Source: Lingula anatina (lineage: Eukaryota > Animalia > Brachiopoda). From it: DNA of 64,000 nt. The DNA lies in the NCBI GenBank assembly GCA_051362555.1, contig CM120645.1, positions 10,044,001-10,108,000 of the forward strand, given 5' to 3'. The translations under genes and the position numbers were made by a program. Position 1 is the stretch's first letter, and each line of letters opens with the position of its first letter. Positions 60,926-64,000 of the stretch are shown one piece after another. A model generated the notes under the pieces. It was given only the letters and a program-made list of their open reading frames with translations, made no database searches and was not told where the DNA came from.

Positions 60926-62194
60926 AAAACTGCTCAAGGAAGTGGGACACCTTTTCTCATGTTGTAGGAATCAAGAAAGCAAAATTGTTGTAATTGGACA
61001 CTCTAGTCCATGCAGGTTTGGAAGATGTCTGTCAAGCTGGATGTAGAAAATGGCAGCAAAAGAGCACCCCTCCACTCCATCTGCAGAAACTAGGGCCTCA
61101 TGCATCAACTCAGCATTTGTTATATTGTGGCTTTCGTTTACATACATGCCTTTCTACAACACCCGTCATTTCCACACTAGTTTCAGTTTCTGCAAGGCTT
61201 TGGACTCTTTTGCTGACCATAAGATCACTGTGTGTCAAATAACACTTCTCAAATATGCCTGAAATATAAATATGGCTTACTACAGACACATGAAAACACT
61301 TATCTCAAAGTTAATTGATACATTGATGAAAAATATATTATTATCCCATTTGTCCATGTTTTATAAGTAAGACATGGTTTCGAATATAAATTATGATGAT
61401 CCTAGCAATTTTGCCAAGACCAGCCCTAGCTTCAATCTAATTCCAATTGTTACCCTTAAATTTATTTTACCCAAATACCCTTAAACCTACATAAATACCC
61501 ACACAAATATAGCTTAAAAGACAGAATTATTACAGGTCCTTAGGCTGCAATTTCATTATTTGAAAGGGGGCTTTTCTTTATAAAAAAGAAAAAAATGGAC
61601 CGTTTAGCATTAAAAAATTGCACCTAGATCATTTTTCTGAGTGAACTTTTTTCTGGCTTTTAGCCTGTATTAAAATACAAACAAACCCGTTTCTTACCTG
61701 AACCAAGTGGCACCAGTACATTCAAATGGCTTTTTGTCTACACTGACATCTGCAAGTTAATCCCATGACATATTTCGTTATAGGCTCGTTTTTCCCTGTG
61801 TGGATGGTTTCCAGCACAAACCAAGCCCATATCCCTATGCTGGTCACATGTTGTAACCCATTCATTCTCCCAAAGATACTTGAAAATGTCCAATTGCGGT
61901 CATCGGAGACAAAAGAATCCACACCTGACAAGAATCAGTGTGCTTTCGTAACTCACGCTGTTTTGCTTCACGTAAATACAAGGAAGATGACTGTTAATAT
62001 ATCTCTGTTGCAATTTTTTCAATACACTACATGTTTTTTCATATCTGTAGACAGAGTATAAACCACATGATATACGACTTTTTTGCAAAGAAACAGTCAG
62101 GGGTAATCCTAGAGAGGGGTAAGAAACGTCCATTGTTCTCGTCAGTAAGGCTAACCGAATTCAGGGTATGTACGCACAGACAGAAAACCATGTA

Positions 62195-63381
62195 TTTATT
62201 AGTTCAATAATGAGACTGTTAACATGCCTAAGAGTTGAATCCGAGGAAATGTGAAAAAAAAGCATAACTTCTAAAATAATGCCCCGATTATGCTGATTTT
62301 CGAACTCAACCTGTGTTTTATGAATATTCATCAGCTCTGTAAATATACAGCCAAAAAGTAAAACTGCCTTCCACTTATCGTGTTTACAATGAAAGTGCAC
62401 GGCCCCGGCGGCGGCGACAGCGACAGTGACGGCAAAGACAGACGCAGGTGATGGCAATATGTACAGACATATCTATATATATATATATTTACTGTACTGT
62501 TTGAGAACAGTAAGTGACATGGTTTTTCTTAAATGGTCATCATGGGAGCAGTGCCCAAAATAGGTTTTTTTCAAATTTTGATGCAATATTACATAATGTT
62601 AAACAGCATAATGACCATAAATTTTTAATAATAAAATATTAGTATCATGGATATTCAGAAAATGTGACAAGCAAAGGTCTTCAGGACCATGGAACTTCAA
62701 AGTCACAACTTGAAAATGCCAAAATGTAAACAAGACAGCACTGTTCTGAAATGTTTTTTTTTCCCATTTTTAACAATTTTTTTAACATAAAACAAAATTA
62801 ACAGGTTACTGCCATTTTTATACGATCAACTAAGAAAATTGATGAGATAGGAAAAATATCAATACAACAGTGTTAAATGTCCAATTTCCTCCATTCTGAG
62901 ATTCTGAACATAGTGAATGATTGAATCTGACAAACTACAATGATATGAGTTTATTTCCATTTTTGACACTTTATTACACAATACACGATAACAAGTTTAC
63001 CATCATTTTTACATAATCAACTAACAATGTTCTTAAGATGCAGGAAATGTCAAACAAACACTTTTAATATCTTATTAATTAAATAATGAAACTGTTAACA
63101 TGCCTAAGAATTGAATCTGAGGAAATGTGAAAAATATGCTGAAAAGTGAAAAAACAGCATAACTTCTACAATAATGGCCCGATCATGCTGATTTTCGAAC
63201 TTGACCTGCATTTTATGAATATTCATCAGCTCTGTAAATATAAAGCCAAAAAGTAAAACTGCCCTCCACTTATCGTGTTTACAAGGAAAGTGCACGGCGC
63301 CGGCATCGGCATCGGCATCGCCATCGGCGACGACAGACGCAGGTGATGGCAATATGTACAGACACATCTGTGTCTGTACAT
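62195..63381 (-). mobile_element. Two tandem HINE family-2 terminal fragments
   Basis: High similarity to 49090-50268, including the microsatellite and TGTACAGACA hairpin. Confidence 0.75.
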
Positions 63382-63385
63382 AAAA

Positions 63386-64000
63386 ACGGAGACCACCCCC
63401 AGTGTTGGGCTCGACATGCTCTACAAAATGCAAAAAAAGGATAGGTCTCTAACATTAACAGTTTCCGAATTGGAGACAGTTTTCAGTTTTGTATCTTATG
63501 GCCACTACTCCCGTGAAAAAGTACCGATGAAAAATGACCTGAAGGGTAACACCTTCCAATAACATTATAGATTAGGTCTGAGTAGTTTCTAAATATCAGC
63601 GCAAATATTTTTTTCGTAAAAAAATTCTTTTTTTATAATTTTGGCCTGTTCCACCTTGAAATAAACACATATGACTTTCGGTCAGCCATCTGTAGAAATT
63701 TTTCCCATAATTTCTTCGGTAAGGTAGATAATTAGCATTTTATTTTGCCATTTTTGGACAAGGGTGCATTGCAATGAGCACCATACCCAGACCCCAGCAC
63801 TGACGAAGCCCAATTTTTTTGTGGAACGAGTTGAGATTATAGGTGACCTAAATCCAAGAGATGGGTACGTAGGTCCTATTAGTCTAGGAGGAGAAGCGGT
63901 AACGGTAACTTGGCGGCGGAGCCGCAGGAGCCGGCGGAACATATGGGCGGAACATACGACCAAAACCATGTGTACCGCCAGCGCCTACGCTGGTGGTACA
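63386..64000 (-). mobile_element. HINE family-1 terminal module fragment
   Basis: Homologous to 4650-5310; ends CGCTGGTGGTACA at the window edge. Confidence 0.8.

Larger units (their letters stand above)
54027..62130 (-). mobile_element. Possible Sola3-like DNA transposon remnant, with a CMC element nested inside
   Basis: TTAA-GAG left terminus. Decayed Cys/His-rich minus-strand exons splice in frame (61698 to 61258) as LVPLGS|GIFEKC. Right terminus not found. Confidence 0.35.

Overview
AT-rich eukaryotic DNA, probably from a marine invertebrate such as a mollusc (inferred from the repeat families present). It is made almost entirely of nested transposable elements, plus at least three minus-strand exons of a Roco (ROC GTPase) host gene at about 44.4-47.6 kb. 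The centrepiece is an intact, very young 14.3-kb Ty3/gypsy LTR retrotransposon (11810-26092, minus strand, ATAT target-site duplication, tRNA-Leu PBS, PPT, gag and -1-frameshifted pol). Its LTRs are unusually long (4.0 and 4.3 kb) and carry about 100 GATAAC motifs plus a CpG-rich 95-bp array. In the env position it encodes a small protein with two C2H2 zinc fingers and histone-H3-tail-like motifs (KAPRPTTGGK, ARKS). Together these suggest a possible element-encoded, sequence-targeted anti-silencing or transactivator system; this is a hypothesis. The rest of the window holds two families of non-autonomous Helentron-like (HINE) elements, one carrying a 146-bp satellite; Harbinger-, Kolobok-, ISL2EU-, CMC/EnSpm- and possibly Sola3-like DNA transposons or remnants; a decayed DIRS/Ngaro-type retroelement; an RTE-like LINE 3' end; and a small deleted LTR element. 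All coordinates and alignments were done by eye.
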